The notes beneath the pieces were generated by a model, which saw only the letters and a list, made by a program, of their open reading frames with translations, made no database searches and was not told where the DNA came from. A stretch of 62,622 nucleotides of DNA, the filler included, from Choristocarpus tenellus KU-1152 (lineage: Eukaryota > Protista > Phaeophyceae): the NCBI GenBank assembly GCA_964200185.2. It is 10 parts of 10 records of this genome, joined end to end, with 100 filler letters (N's around TTAATTAATTAA, not from the genome) between each part and the next. Parts side by side here need not be neighbours in the genome. Positions count along the whole stretch, not along the records: positions 10,052 to 18,638 come from CAXNAD020004561.1; positions 18,739 to 23,836 come from CAXNAD020011886.1; 8 more parts are not named here. One strand, given 5' to 3'. The stretch's first letter is position 1. Every line of letters begins with the position of its first letter. Position numbers and translations under genes: made by a program. Positions 11,508 through 23,235 of this stretch are shown one piece after another.

Positions 11508-12540
11508 CCAAATGACAATTATGCATGCCGCCGCAGCATGATCTAAGATAATGGGTGATTTTTTTTATCCAGATCAATGATTATCGCCCGTGATAAGCAC
11601 GAAAAAGGTAGTCCCTGCATGGAACGTTGGAGAGCAAAATTTGGAACCATGAAATAACCCATATCAGAACAGACATTATTTATAAAGGATGCTTTTTTTT
11701 TCTTTTTTTTCTGTAAACCAGGTACCTGATCCCCTTTATTCCGTGTTTTGTTCTATATTTTCATTTTTTTTTCTTTTTTTTTTCTCTATCCCTTGCTTCA
11801 TTCTTTTTTCTCTCTCTTTTTGTCAGACCAGGTACCTGATCCCTTATCCTTATTTTGCTCGATTTTTCTTCAGTCCTCTCTTTTCTGTCCCTTGTCTTAT
11901 TTATATATTTATTTATTTTTGTTGGCGCTGGTGTTGATGTTATTACCTGTTTTATGCACTAGTGCGAAAATAATCCAATATAATGCATCATCAGCATTAG
12001 TGAGACAATGGGTTACAACACACCTTCAATTCCAGGACATTGCAGACAGGCGCATGACCTTGCCTGAGATAAGGCCTCATTTCAACAAGTTCGCCACCAA
12101 CTACAAACTTCAAGTATGCATGAATAATACCATTCAGTTCCGTCTTCCAAAACACAAAGGCCAAAAAATTCCATTTCTACGGGATTTCGCAATGATAAAA
12201 AAGGTCAAACTGTGAAAAGCAGGTTTGTCTGTTATCATACCATTATTTCCGCCATATACTGTCATACCGATTGAGGTTTCTTATCAGGAAGCGCGGATTC
12301 CAGTGGGGATTCTTTCGTGAGACTGAATTCATGGAATCTCTTCAAGAGTCGAGTCCCACAGATAAGGGACCATTCTTCATTCAGAGGTGTCTAATATCAA
12401 ATATTCACTTTGTTCTTAAGTCTTGACATTCTGATGATCCCCCTCTCATGAGATTCTCTGCATTCCACAACTCTCTGCAAGTACTTGCAGTCTTCCACTT
12501 GTCCAACCTTAACTTCGTCCTCTCAGTTACGGTTCATCTT

Positions 12541-12745
12541 TGCAATTTTTTCGTAATTTTTTCGATCATGTTTGCTAGGAGATGTCAATATCCTTGTTCC
12601 AGACACGCCTTTTCATAATGTATACATTTTACCTACTCCGAAACAAGTTTCGGAGTAGGTAAAATGTCATTAAAAACCCGTGGGAAGTCAAACCCTTAAC
12701 GGACAAACAGTGCAAAACTCGTACCCTCTTAAGATAATTTCTCTC
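12541..12745 (+). mobile_element. MITE family A, 5'-truncated copy
   Basis: Matches the body of 2976-3234; ends TACCCTCTTAAGATAATTTCTCTC. Confidence 0.85.
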
Positions 12746-13689
12746 TGTCGGGACCTGAAAGATCTGGCGTTTTCAGGGGTCCAGATTGACTGCTCACTAA
12801 AGGCATCTGCGTCCAACGATAGCATTGTTGCTGTATTAGCGACCAGGATAACAAAAAATGTGGTATATAATCTCAACCTCAACGCATTTGCAATGGAAAG
12901 TTTTGGTGTTTAAACACACATATTTAGCAATAATACGACGAACTAGAGGCCGAAGTGGTGGGCAGTAAGGTGGTGAACACGGGCCTACTATATTATGCTA
13001 TGTCTAAAATGGCACAAGTGGTCCTATCATGCCATGTCCTTATGCTGATGGCGTAGTCCTGACCAACTCCTGGGGATCCTTCCCTTGATTCTTGAATTAC
13101 TTCAGAGTGAAAGGTGTAGCAGAACCTCCAACTGTATCGTACGTCTACTCTTTTCACTCATTGGATGTACAATTGCAATAAATAATATATTAAAAAAAGT
13201 ATATTTTTCTGACGAGCATTGACAAGTGATTATAATTGTGTGATGTAATATATACCATTAACATTTCCGTCACTACAGTGTGGGGACTATCCAGACCCAT
13301 CGTTAGAGGTTCTGCACGCTCCATTTCTCACTCGAAGTACTGTTGATAACTCTTGGACTAGAGCTAAGAGTATTAGTTCCGTTCGTGACTTGCTTCTCAT
13401 GCATTGGTATCATTCATCCCAACACTCGTCAATCCACTTCCTAAAATCTTGTGCTGGATCCGCCTTGGCGTTGCTCTGCAGTGAAACCTTGCCATCCTGT
13501 TTTTTCCAGCGTTTGCAGTGACTCAGTGACTGATAGAATATTACTTGTGTACAAGCCGTAGTCCCTGTCACGTGGACTTCCGATGTTCCACACTAGGTTT
13601 ATTCGAAAGCAAGTCTGACATAATTATGTTGGAACCCTTGAAATTCAAGTGGGAAACGACCTCCACTAGTCAATGAGAAATGAGGGCAC

Positions 13690-14640
13690 TCCAGTGATGG
13701 GTTGCAACTGGTTGATCCTGCGACAATTTTGATGGCCCTTGTCCAAACCTCTCTTAAGACTTGGTTCAATTGGGTCATTCCACAGTCCACCCTGGTTGAT
13801 AATATCGATGGCTCTGATTTATCCCTTTTTAGGACAGTGTCTGTAGGGCTGGTCTGTAGTCTAGTCTGGTTATTCTCTCTCATGGTCATGGACCGGCTCT
13901 GAAAACATTATATTTTTCTCGGAACAGCCCCAGCCCAGTCTTGTCATGTTTACCCAATCCGGTGAAAAACCCTGGATAACAATTCAGTTTAGGATAAATC
14001 ATACTCTATAATGAAGCTCAGCATTCAGCATCATGTCAAGTGAGCATTCAAAACACTTAGGCATTACTATATCTAGGTAGAGGATACATATCTGATTGGA
14101 GCGGTAGGATGAGAGGTAGCACTCACAGGTATGGCTTTTAATAGTTTCTTCCAGATAAAGTGACTGCAACTCACTCTCCAGAGAACTATCTGGACTGGTT
14201 TGCCACCAAACAATCATTATGTTGCATCGGATTTTGCAAAAGGTCCTACGAAGATGACTCTCTGAGGACTGGATGTGAGTGTATCAAGGCAACCGAGCAA
14301 TAACAGAGCCTTCTGTTTGTAAGGGGGTCAATTGCAGGCATGGAGGGTGAGCGATTTCTAAAGGTCTTTAAGTTTGAGTAGTTCGAGATGGAGAACGGAA
14401 GCAGGGTGAACAGGAACAGAACCGTTAGACATATCTGCACAACCTTATGAAGTTTGGGATGACAGTTGAGGGAAGGGGCACAAAGGCAACAAACTAACAC
14501 AGTTAGAACGATTGTGGAGTTGATAACATAACGACTTCCATGGCAAAGTTGCATTCCAAGGAGTTTTCAATAGCGATAACTGAGGTACGTGATATAGTTA
14601 GGCAGAAGCTAAAGGCAGCCCAAGCAGATAAGGGCGTATG
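13690..14640 (+). pseudogene. Ty3/gypsy integrase relic
   Basis: ILRQF*WP, FRTVSVGLVCSL..LMVMDRL*KHYIF, DGE..RVNR and VRQKLKAAQ appear in the expected integrase order; many stops. Confidence 0.5.
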
Positions 14641-16674
14641 CACACTCACCACTCTCTACTGAATGCTGCTTTCTCATGGTCTCTCTGGGTTTGGATTGGT
14701 TATTATTGCATCCCTCTTTCCATTTCGTTCAGTTCTTTCCTTTGTGTGACGTGTGGTGAGTGGTATTTCGGACTGGATGGATTTGATGTGACATTGAACA
14801 CCAAGAATATCTTTTTTTCCTTATGAGACCTGAAAATGTGGTTGAAGCTACTGATGTCCCATCTGAAGTATTGGGTGTTGGTGCACTACAATCCGCCTTC
14901 GCTTTATATCATTTTTGTACATACACAGAGATTTTTTCTTCTTTACAGTCGTTACTTTCCCTTCTTATGCAGTATTCGTATTTTCTCATGCAGCGTGTAT
15001 TACTGTATACTCTCTACAAGTATCCTTGAATAACAATAGCATACGGAGCTCTAGAATATCTACTCTGTACTAATTTCTGGGGACGAAAGGTGGTTGGAAC
15101 ACAGCTTTGGGGGAGAGGAAGTAGTATTTTCTATACGTGTGTCTAGGTGGTGAGTCTTTTGTGAGGAAGGCATCATGGTCAGGGTCAAGAATGCCCACGG
15201 CATCCTTACGAGGAATTATGACGGACTTTACCGAGAGATAGTGATGAGTGCAGAATCACCATCATAGGTTGGGTGGAACTGAAGGTGCATTTTCTGGTCC
15301 GCCCAGAGGAGGAGTTGGCGTGACTTGAAAGAAAGGTGCTCACTTTCAAAATACCACCTCAGATCCCCAGGTGACCTTCGCCAATATGGTTGACTGGGTT
15401 AGTCTCTCGGCATGATGAACACCAGATAGTTCAAGACTATCCAAATCGCAGTGCGAGACTTCTGAGTGATCACTACTCGATCACTGACCGCTATATCTCC
15501 AACTATAAAGAAGGGAATTGCTAAGGCGGCGACTAAGGAAGGCTACCTGGTCTAGAGACTTGGCGATTGGGGGGGGGGTTGAGGAATACAGAGGAGAGGG
15601 GGGTGAGGATGCGACCGGGAGACATCAGCAATACCAACATCAGCAGCACTAAGAAGGCGACCACAGTATCTGCTAAAGGGTATCATGGGGTAGGTGCAGA
15701 TCTCGGGGTGGGTAGCAATGTAGGCTGCACATTCACCGAAGAGTGTTTCAAGGACCACAAGAAGGACCATCAGAAGTTCAACCGGACCAGGACACTCACG
15801 GACCTCTGTAAAATATTTTTGATGAGAGACATGGTGAAAAATTGTTTAAGAGAGTTGGTCCATAGCCCTCGATGATTCTAACTGGACTGGACGGTGGTTG
15901 GTGCGCTGCCCTGTTGAAACATAGGTGTTATGTGAAGCTGGCATGGTCAGTTATCGGTTTATCGCCTTGTGATATCGAGAATATACGCAGGTATATTCTC
16001 ATTTATTTTGGACAATTTAGGGGTTCATCCAATATATTTTGACTAAGGGACTTTAACCGGACCTGGTCACAAACTGGCTCCTGGTAGATATATTTGAACA
16101 GAACCAGTCCAGCACCGCCAGAGTTTCAACCGAATCAGACTGAATTTAGGTCCTGGTGACATATCTGCAGCACAGTTAGTCCAGGGTCGTCATAGATGTT
16201 ACTGGACTGGGTCGGTTGACCGCCAGTCTGGTGAAATGTCCTGAATATTTGGTTCCTCATAACCTCCGGCACAGGTATATGGTGCGATTTTTCTTAGGCT
16301 ATACATGATAAAACCTACGATTTTTGATGTGGTACCAGGGAGTAAGTACGTTTGTGTGGATAACATTTTCGTCGATATACAGGGCCAGACAAATTGAGAG
16401 GTAGGCAAGGTTTCATTTTAAGGATCCTGAGAAACAGAAAAGGGACGCCATTTTGTACGAATTGCAGAAAGAGTCTTTGCTTGATGGCAATATCACTTTG
16501 TATGTGGAAAGGGGAGTATCAATTTTGCGTAGACCATGTGTACTTCAAGCAATGAAATATAGTAATTGTGCAGTGTAAGGACGATGGCTTAGAATGCAAA
16601 AAGGTCCAAACCCGTGTTGAATAGCTTCGCGCAGGAAAGGCTTGTCGCCAGAAGCTGCTGGTGGGTTACATTTA

Positions 16675-17045
16675 TATTATTATGCCCTACAACATTTGCA
16701 GATGCATCAGGTGGAAAACCAATGAAAACCATTCAATGCCAGAGCAACCCCTGAAAAGTAGATAATAAATGTGTGGATTGCATGGTGAACATACACTGAT
16801 TTATTAATTAACCGCTGTTCTTTGATGTTGGCCATCCATAATCACTGACGTATAGCAAAAGATTGACTCTTCATACCGTTACATACGTTATTACTTTGTA
16901 TTGTACCGAACTAAATAGAAACATAAAATATAAAAATGATAGAAGAATATCTCTCACATTTACGAGAACTGTTACTTTTTCAATGATTTTTCATTGGTTT
17001 TTCTCCCGACACATTTCCAAAATGCGAGAGGGTACAATAATAATA
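16675..17045. mobile_element. Family C TIR element (inverted pair of TATTATTxTGCCCTCTGACATTTTGCAAATGTGTCAGGGGAAAAACCAATG ends); single ends also at about 29319, 34721, 35244, 35405, 55221
   Basis: Forward copy 16675-16790 and reverse-complement copy 16945-17045; five further forward copies. Confidence 0.7.
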
Positions 17046-18133
17046 AACGTACACGAAATTGTGTTAAATCTTGTATCAGCACACACAATGGAAGTACAAC
17101 ACTAGTTATTCGACAACCCGCTGACCTCTCTATTTGCTTGACGCAAAAGAAACCTCTCTCCATAAAATCGTAATGGCTTTGCAAGTGTTGTTTGATAACC
17201 TTGTGGGAAAAACATATGCGCTGAGAGGACAGGTTGCCCTGGATTGGTCTTATTAAACAACAAAAAGGTTTTTCAAAGTATTTCGCCAGGATCGCCCCCT
17301 GGCCTGGTTGACTCACGTTTACCCCGTCCAGTGCAAAGCGTTCTAAATTTCGTAAGTTATGCTGCCATAGACAGGGCCTTGATAGCATGGATGCAATGTG
17401 CCTGCGTAGAAGGGGTGGGGTGTACTGGGGGGGTGGTGTTGTGCTTTCTGTGGAAAATTTGATCAGGCTAAAACGAATATGGAAAATTTGTGAAGGTGTG
17501 TGTTCCGTGCGTAGCTTTGGCCTTTGAAGTTGCCAATAGGGAATTCAAAATTTATAATGAAGGCAATTACAGACCAGGGCCCTGCCAGACGCCAGAAAAA
17601 CAATTGATATGATGGAGCAATGATACATTCGATAACGTACAAAAAATATTTTGCGGGGGCATTTTGAGGGGGGACTTGTAGGTAGGGAAGAATGTTAGAG
17701 TTTGGCAATAGTTGAAAATATCTACTGGTTCAAGTCTACCAATATCTACCACTCGAATTATCATCTGACTATTTATACTAATATACAACGAACGCGAGAG
17801 CCATCTTCCAAAGAAGGTATACCCTGAAGGTAACCAAATCTTGAAGAATCTGATGTTCATATGACATTTGTTTTTGCATGTTGAAGGCAACATCTGGTTG
17901 AAATAAATAGCGGGTGGTTTGAGGGGACCTTACAAACACACCTCATTAACTTACCACTTGTTCACTCTTTTCATGAGTTATCTTCTGAGGGATTGCTATC
18001 CCTCCTGACTTGTCTCTCTCCTTCTCCTTGCCTCCTGTGGGTCTTCCTGCTCCTCTTCAGTACGAAAGACCTGTCGGCTTGTTTTGATCTGTTTCACACG
18101 AACGAACAATCAAAAAACAAACAAAAAAAAAAT

Positions 18134-18306
18134 GGTTCAAAATATCTGGGGGGGGGTGGCGGCTGTCCATTTAGGGTCAATTTTTTCATGTTGAGATTTT
18201 TGGGTAATTTGGTTGCATACGTGGGATGGATAATGTAAGTGCACTTTTCCTGATTTTGATCCAAATGGACAGCTTGGTGTAGACCCCCCCCCAGGTACTT
18301 TGGACC
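18134..18306 (+). mobile_element. MITE family B (poly-G/poly-C TIRs), full copy
   Basis: GGTTCAAAATATCTGGGGGGGGG ... CCCCCCCCCAGGTACTTTGGACC with a 4-bp AAAT/AAAT duplication; body matches 55604-55783. Confidence 0.85.
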
Positions 18307-18567
18307 AAATAATACACTAAACAACACGTACTAGTATTAGCACTTGTTATTTTTCAGTGTTGTTTAGTAGTGGTGGTAGTGAAAAAATCTTTCTTGTGAC
18401 CCAGCCACAATCCCAGTCGATCCTCCAGACAGCTGCATGCATCGCGACCAGGTCTTTCTCTGCAACAGTGCCATGGCCCCTTCCACTCTCTGGTTACGTT
18501 GAGGAGTCTTGGGCACAGTGTTCTCATGCCCTATCTTGTGTTTATCGAGTACATCCTCAGATTCAGC

Positions 18568-18638
18568 GAGGCAAGGTATCTTAGAGGGTAGAGTCGCGTC
18601 CATTTGGGGGCCAAAATCCAATGTTGCGATTTTGATGT
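18568..18638 (+). mobile_element. MITE family A left end, cut by contig end
   Basis: GAGGCAAGGTATCTTAGAGGGTAGAG...CCATTTGGGGGCCAAAATCCAATG. Confidence 0.85.
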
Positions 18639-18738
18639 NNNNNNNNNNNNNNNNNNNNNNNNNNNNNNNNNNNNNNNNNNNNTTAATTAATTAANNNNNN
18701 NNNNNNNNNNNNNNNNNNNNNNNNNNNNNNNNNNNNNN

Positions 18739-19032
18739 ATTCTGGTTCTGTATATTCTGGTGATAACACGTAACACCCTGAAGAGGTCATCTATCTTTTG
18801 TAGGCAAGGAGGGGGGGGGGGAAGTATGCATGTCAATATTGGAAAGCTACTGTAACCATCAAAAGAGAAAACTTAACAGAAACCCAAAAAACCTCAATAT
18901 CTGCATGGTAATGTTTGGCTCTATAGAATAACCCTGCACTAAATTTCATCTGAAGATTCTGGTTCTGTATATTCTGGTGATAACACGTAACACCCTGAAG
19001 AGGTCATCTATCTTTTGTAGGCAAGGAGGGGG
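18739..19032 (+). repeat. Exact direct repeat of about 76 bp, period 217 bp, at contig start
   Basis: ATTCTGGTTCTGTATATTCTGGTGATAACACG...GCAAGGAGGGGG at 18739 and 18956. Confidence 0.85.
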
Positions 19033-20640
19033 TGGGTGTGGGGCACAACAGGGTATGAGATGGCCATACGCTTGTAGGGGTCAGGGGTAGGATGCTGCCA
19101 AGGGATGGGAACTGGTGGGATGGGGATAGGGGGTAGGGAGGTATGTGCAAAGGGGTACACAGAGTGTCAGTGTGGTCTCATGAACACCCTTTTTCAACAA
19201 TAATACTGTCCTACGGTGATTTTTAAGCTTACACTATCAAGATACTTGCCCCAGTTATGGGCGTGACTGGACTCCTCAGCACAGGCTTGTGCAAAGGAGT
19301 CTTCTTCTTAGCACTCTTTTCTTTTTACCAATGCAGGCACAAACCAGCTCCCACACGTTTGGGGGGAAGGGAGAGTAATAGTTACTCAAGTCCAATCTCA
19401 CATAAACAGTCCATGCTTTTGGATGGTGGACGGGCTCTTACAATGAAGTTTGTGAATGACAGTACCTGAAATTTAGTAACCCATGTATAACTATTTACCA
19501 ATCCTTCACATTTCTGCAAAACATTTTAAGAGAATCACAACAGGCAATGTGGTACAGGGGGGAGGCAGACTCTATAGAAGGGGAATTGATATCCTTGTAT
19601 TCTCAGTGCTAATCCTGTACAGTGAAATGCTATGAGTACTACATTAGAGTATATCCCAATTATGACCTAGTATGTTTTTCATTACCGCATTTACAGTGGG
19701 TACTGGTAGTACCTACTCGAAATCCGTTCTAAGGGGATCTGCACTATACAGATGAGCCCAGTCACTGCAACCCTGCACCAGAGGCTATGACTAACACGTG
19801 ACAACACCACTGCTCACTGCTACACTGCTACACTGCTACACTTCGTTACTAAAAAAATGCATACTGTGCAATGTCCTCTGTACCACATCAGCTGACAAAT
19901 TGTTCTTGGAATGCCTCGTGGAACAACACAAGCGCTTTCGTTGCTACGGAATGTGCCTGTCCTTCTAGGCTAAAGCATAGTTTTGCTGAGGGTGGGTATA
20001 ATAGGCTTCTTGAATGTTGACATATTTATTAACTAGAAGGTGGTTTAAGACCAGTTATCTATCGGAAGGGTCAGCGCATGTACTCGCCATGAGTACTTAC
20101 ACCATTCAGATGACAGGGGATTGTGGGCAAGAAGGCGGACCTTCTGGGATACACACAGTGCCCAGCGCTAACCTGCTTCAAGGTGACACGACATCAACCC
20201 CTTGCCGCCCGGTAAGTTCCTTTCTTCTCCACGCTTTTAGAACTTGCAAGACTCTCACATTACGGCTATGCTCTACTTTGTTTAAGTAGTGTCTGACACT
20301 AAGAGAAGAGAATAACGACCAGATGAAATTATTTTCGTGGCTCTGGTGGGTGTTGACAGCCTATCTGAAACGGGGTTGAGTTGTCCTTTTACTCTTAACC
20401 TTCAATAACGTTAAATGGGAACTCTGGATACAACAGGGAGAGATTAATGGATGAGCCTCGCCACTGTTGAGGTACAAGGGGCTAGTGCTGCGTCTTCATG
20501 TCGAGGACTATGCGATCACACGATAACATTTTCATACTATATTCCATGAGGAGGGACACCCAGGACATCGTGCCTCATCATACTTCGCCAAAGATGAAAA
20601 CCCCCAAAACGAGGGACACACAAAAAGGTGTGTGCCTCAC

Positions 20641-20960
20641 ATTACTACATCCCAGCACGATAATCTTCAGGAGTACCCTCGGTTTGAGGGCTCGCTGCCT
20701 CGCAGGGACGGGTCCAACGCGTACCGGTCCCTCCATTTCCCCCTTCTCTCCCACCGTCCCTGTCTTGATGCCCTGCGCCATCCCTGAGGTGGTTGCGGGC
20801 AGGGTCGTAGGGCCCCCATCTACAGCCGCCTCTACGTCCTCCGTGCCAGTCTGGGATTCCCCTACGACCTGGGCCACTGCAGCTGCTTTGGCAGCGATAT
20901 CCTTGGCCTGTGCACGCGCGTGTCTTGCAGCGGCAGCTGCAAGTGCAGGGTCGAACATTC
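20641..20960 (-). CDS. Exon ending in the start of a Rab-like small GTPase domain, with a long N-terminal extension
   Basis: KPRVLLKIIVLGCSN followed by a gtgag donor resembles the beta1/P-loop start of Rab7-type proteins (LLKVIILGDSGVGK); preceded by an Ala/Gly-rich open frame; cgag acceptor. Confidence 0.65.
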
Positions 20961-22381
20961 CTCGTACAGGATAATGACCATCTTCTTGTGGTGGGGTTCG
21001 ACAGACAGAAGAAACCTATTTTCCATGTTTCCAATTTTTTCTACCTGGCCATTTTGTTTTCCACATTATATTACATGTACATTAATGTAGATACACAACA
21101 AACCACAACCAAACCAAATATCACGCCCCATATCGTCAAGTACGTATATCGCCAAGTACGTATATCGTCAAGCAGTTGGTTGACAACAATTTTTTGTCTA
21201 AATGGGAGATTTTCAACTATTACAGATGAAATCTTCTTGTGCTGATTCATGTCACCACCAGCCTCTAGCCCCCAACACTAGGGGCTCTGAGCCTTCCAGT
21301 GTAGGTATCTCAGTTGTGAGGACAGATGTAGTACGTGGCAAGGGGCAATGCACCATTCGGGCCTTTCTTGACAGGGCACGTATTTTCTTCTTCCACTGAG
21401 GATACCAACACACTTAAGCGAAGGGAAAGGGAAGGTAGCCTGTGTAGGGCGGACTGGTGGATTCGCCAGGCGCAAATAGTGGTGTGAAATTGGAGGGAGT
21501 AGTGGAAATGGAAGCGAGGGAGGCAAAGGAAAGGCAAATAATGTAGGGTCGGCCAACATGCTGACCAGGTACAAAGGGGAAGGCGGTGGGAGTGGAAATG
21601 GAAGTGGTAGTGGAGGTAGAAGCAGGGGAGGTGGCGAAGTGCCGTCTAGTTCCAGTGAAGCGGTGGCTGAAGAGGAAATTATGGTGATGCTGAGTAACCT
21701 TCGATGGGTGTACCACCCAGTGGTTAGAAAATTGTGAGGAGAAACCCACCCTGGAGCAGTTTGTCGTAGTTGTCACAAGTGAGACACATGAGTACTCAAC
21801 ACGGTTATCATTTGACAGGAATATCGCAACATGTTCGTCTGAGCGCGTGTAATTCTGTGGATGGCTAGAAAGCGTAGACAATGCGCAAAGAAATTATGCA
21901 ACGTGGCGCAGGGACCAAACATGCAAGAGGATGTTGCTGCAAGGGACACCCAGGAGAGAAAGCAACAGCATCTTCACCTTTTCTTCATCTGAGAGACAGA
22001 TTGGAACACAGGTACACAACAAATGGAGCATAGACCACAGTCTCACCTCTTTCCCTCTGGTTGCATTCATTAGAGTGTGGATCCCGTCCCTCGCACCACC
22101 AAAAAATTCTGTCCAATGGTCAAAAGGATCAATGGAGGGAAGTCCTTATCCCCTTACACCCCTGCAAATCTTGGTTGACCAACACCCTCACGTTCTCCAG
22201 TTTGAGTGTGAGGAAGCAGGCTGCAAAACCTAGTTTTTGCTGGAATAATTGCCGACAAATCTCACTTTCTAACACATATTGAGAGAAACCTCACCGCACT
22301 GGAAACAATGACTGCTAATAAGCATTGGTCGCCAAGAGTACCAAGTGCAAGTCAATCCAAATATCCCCAAGGGATACTCAC

Positions 22382-22456
22382 CTGCCCCATGTGTGACACT
22401 TTGTGCAAGTAGAGGTAGTTAACCCTAAGTGATGCGTGTGGGTACCAATCATACAG
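22382..22456 (-). CDS. Probable exon (LYDWYPHASLRVNYLYLHKVSHMGQ), possibly an upstream part of the Rab-like gene
   Basis: Strong CAG|gtgagt donor and open frame; acceptor uncertain. Confidence 0.35.
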
Positions 22457-22999
22457 CTCCCCATCGTGCGATGTAGGAACGCAACAAAGAGGGTATCTTG
22501 CATTTGATTCTAAAATTGTGCGCATAGAAAACCCCGCAAAATATGCAAACACACTCCATCCCACCCCAGAAGAACCTTGTGAAATTAAAAAACATACACT
22601 CCACTTTGCCACGATAATATATACTCTGGTGCAAGTTTGCAGAGTGAAGAACTTGGACTTCTATTATTGAAAATTGTGGTAAGAAGCAGTGAGCGATAGT
22701 GCAGTAATAGCAGTAGTAGTAGTGATAGTAGTCCAATGTATACAAGTACTGTCAAAAGTTGTGCACTATGTTGCTCGAGGAATGGAGGTACTACTCTTGA
22801 CGTTAGCGAGTAATTGTAGGCAAGTAAGCCGAGGGAGATATAAGCAAGGGACAAGGACCACGGCACTTTGTTTTAGCACCACAATCAACATCCAGCTAGA
22901 CATCGCCCAGGCAAGTAGACAATCATCAAGCAGAACCCTTTGTGTTTTTCTATGAAGTACACTGGAGTAAATTTTTTAAATGCCCTTGTGAAGACTGGG

Positions 23000-23235
23000 T
23001 GTGAAAGTGCGGAGGCAACTAACTGCGCAAGAACAAAGATAATTATTGGGCTCCGATTTGTCGGATCAGTTGCACACATGGGGATGAGTAAAATCCAAAC
23101 AAAGGTGTTGCCGTCTGGGCACCTTGCAGATGAAAAGTGGAAGCAAGGTGGGCAGGAGAAGAACTGGCTGATGTGCCTGCAAGACGACCTAAAGAAATTT
23201 GGGATTGCAATTTTGAGATATGGGGGGCAGCAGGG
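23000..23235 (+). mobile_element. RTE-clade LINE 3' relic
   Basis: LRFVGSVAHM...GHL...GGQEKNWLMCLQDDLKKFGI matches the post-RT C-terminal pattern of RTE-like LINEs. Confidence 0.7.

Noticed and set aside
15390-16220. Possible LINE tail and MITE with ACCGGACC/GACTGGAC motifs (similar motifs at 53080-53310 and 53930-54030)
   Set aside because: Too degenerate to define ends, TSD or family by eye.
18739-19032. Exact 76-bp repeat as a functional element
   Set aside because: Begins at the contig edge beside a poly-G run; tandem duplication or assembly artefact is more likely.
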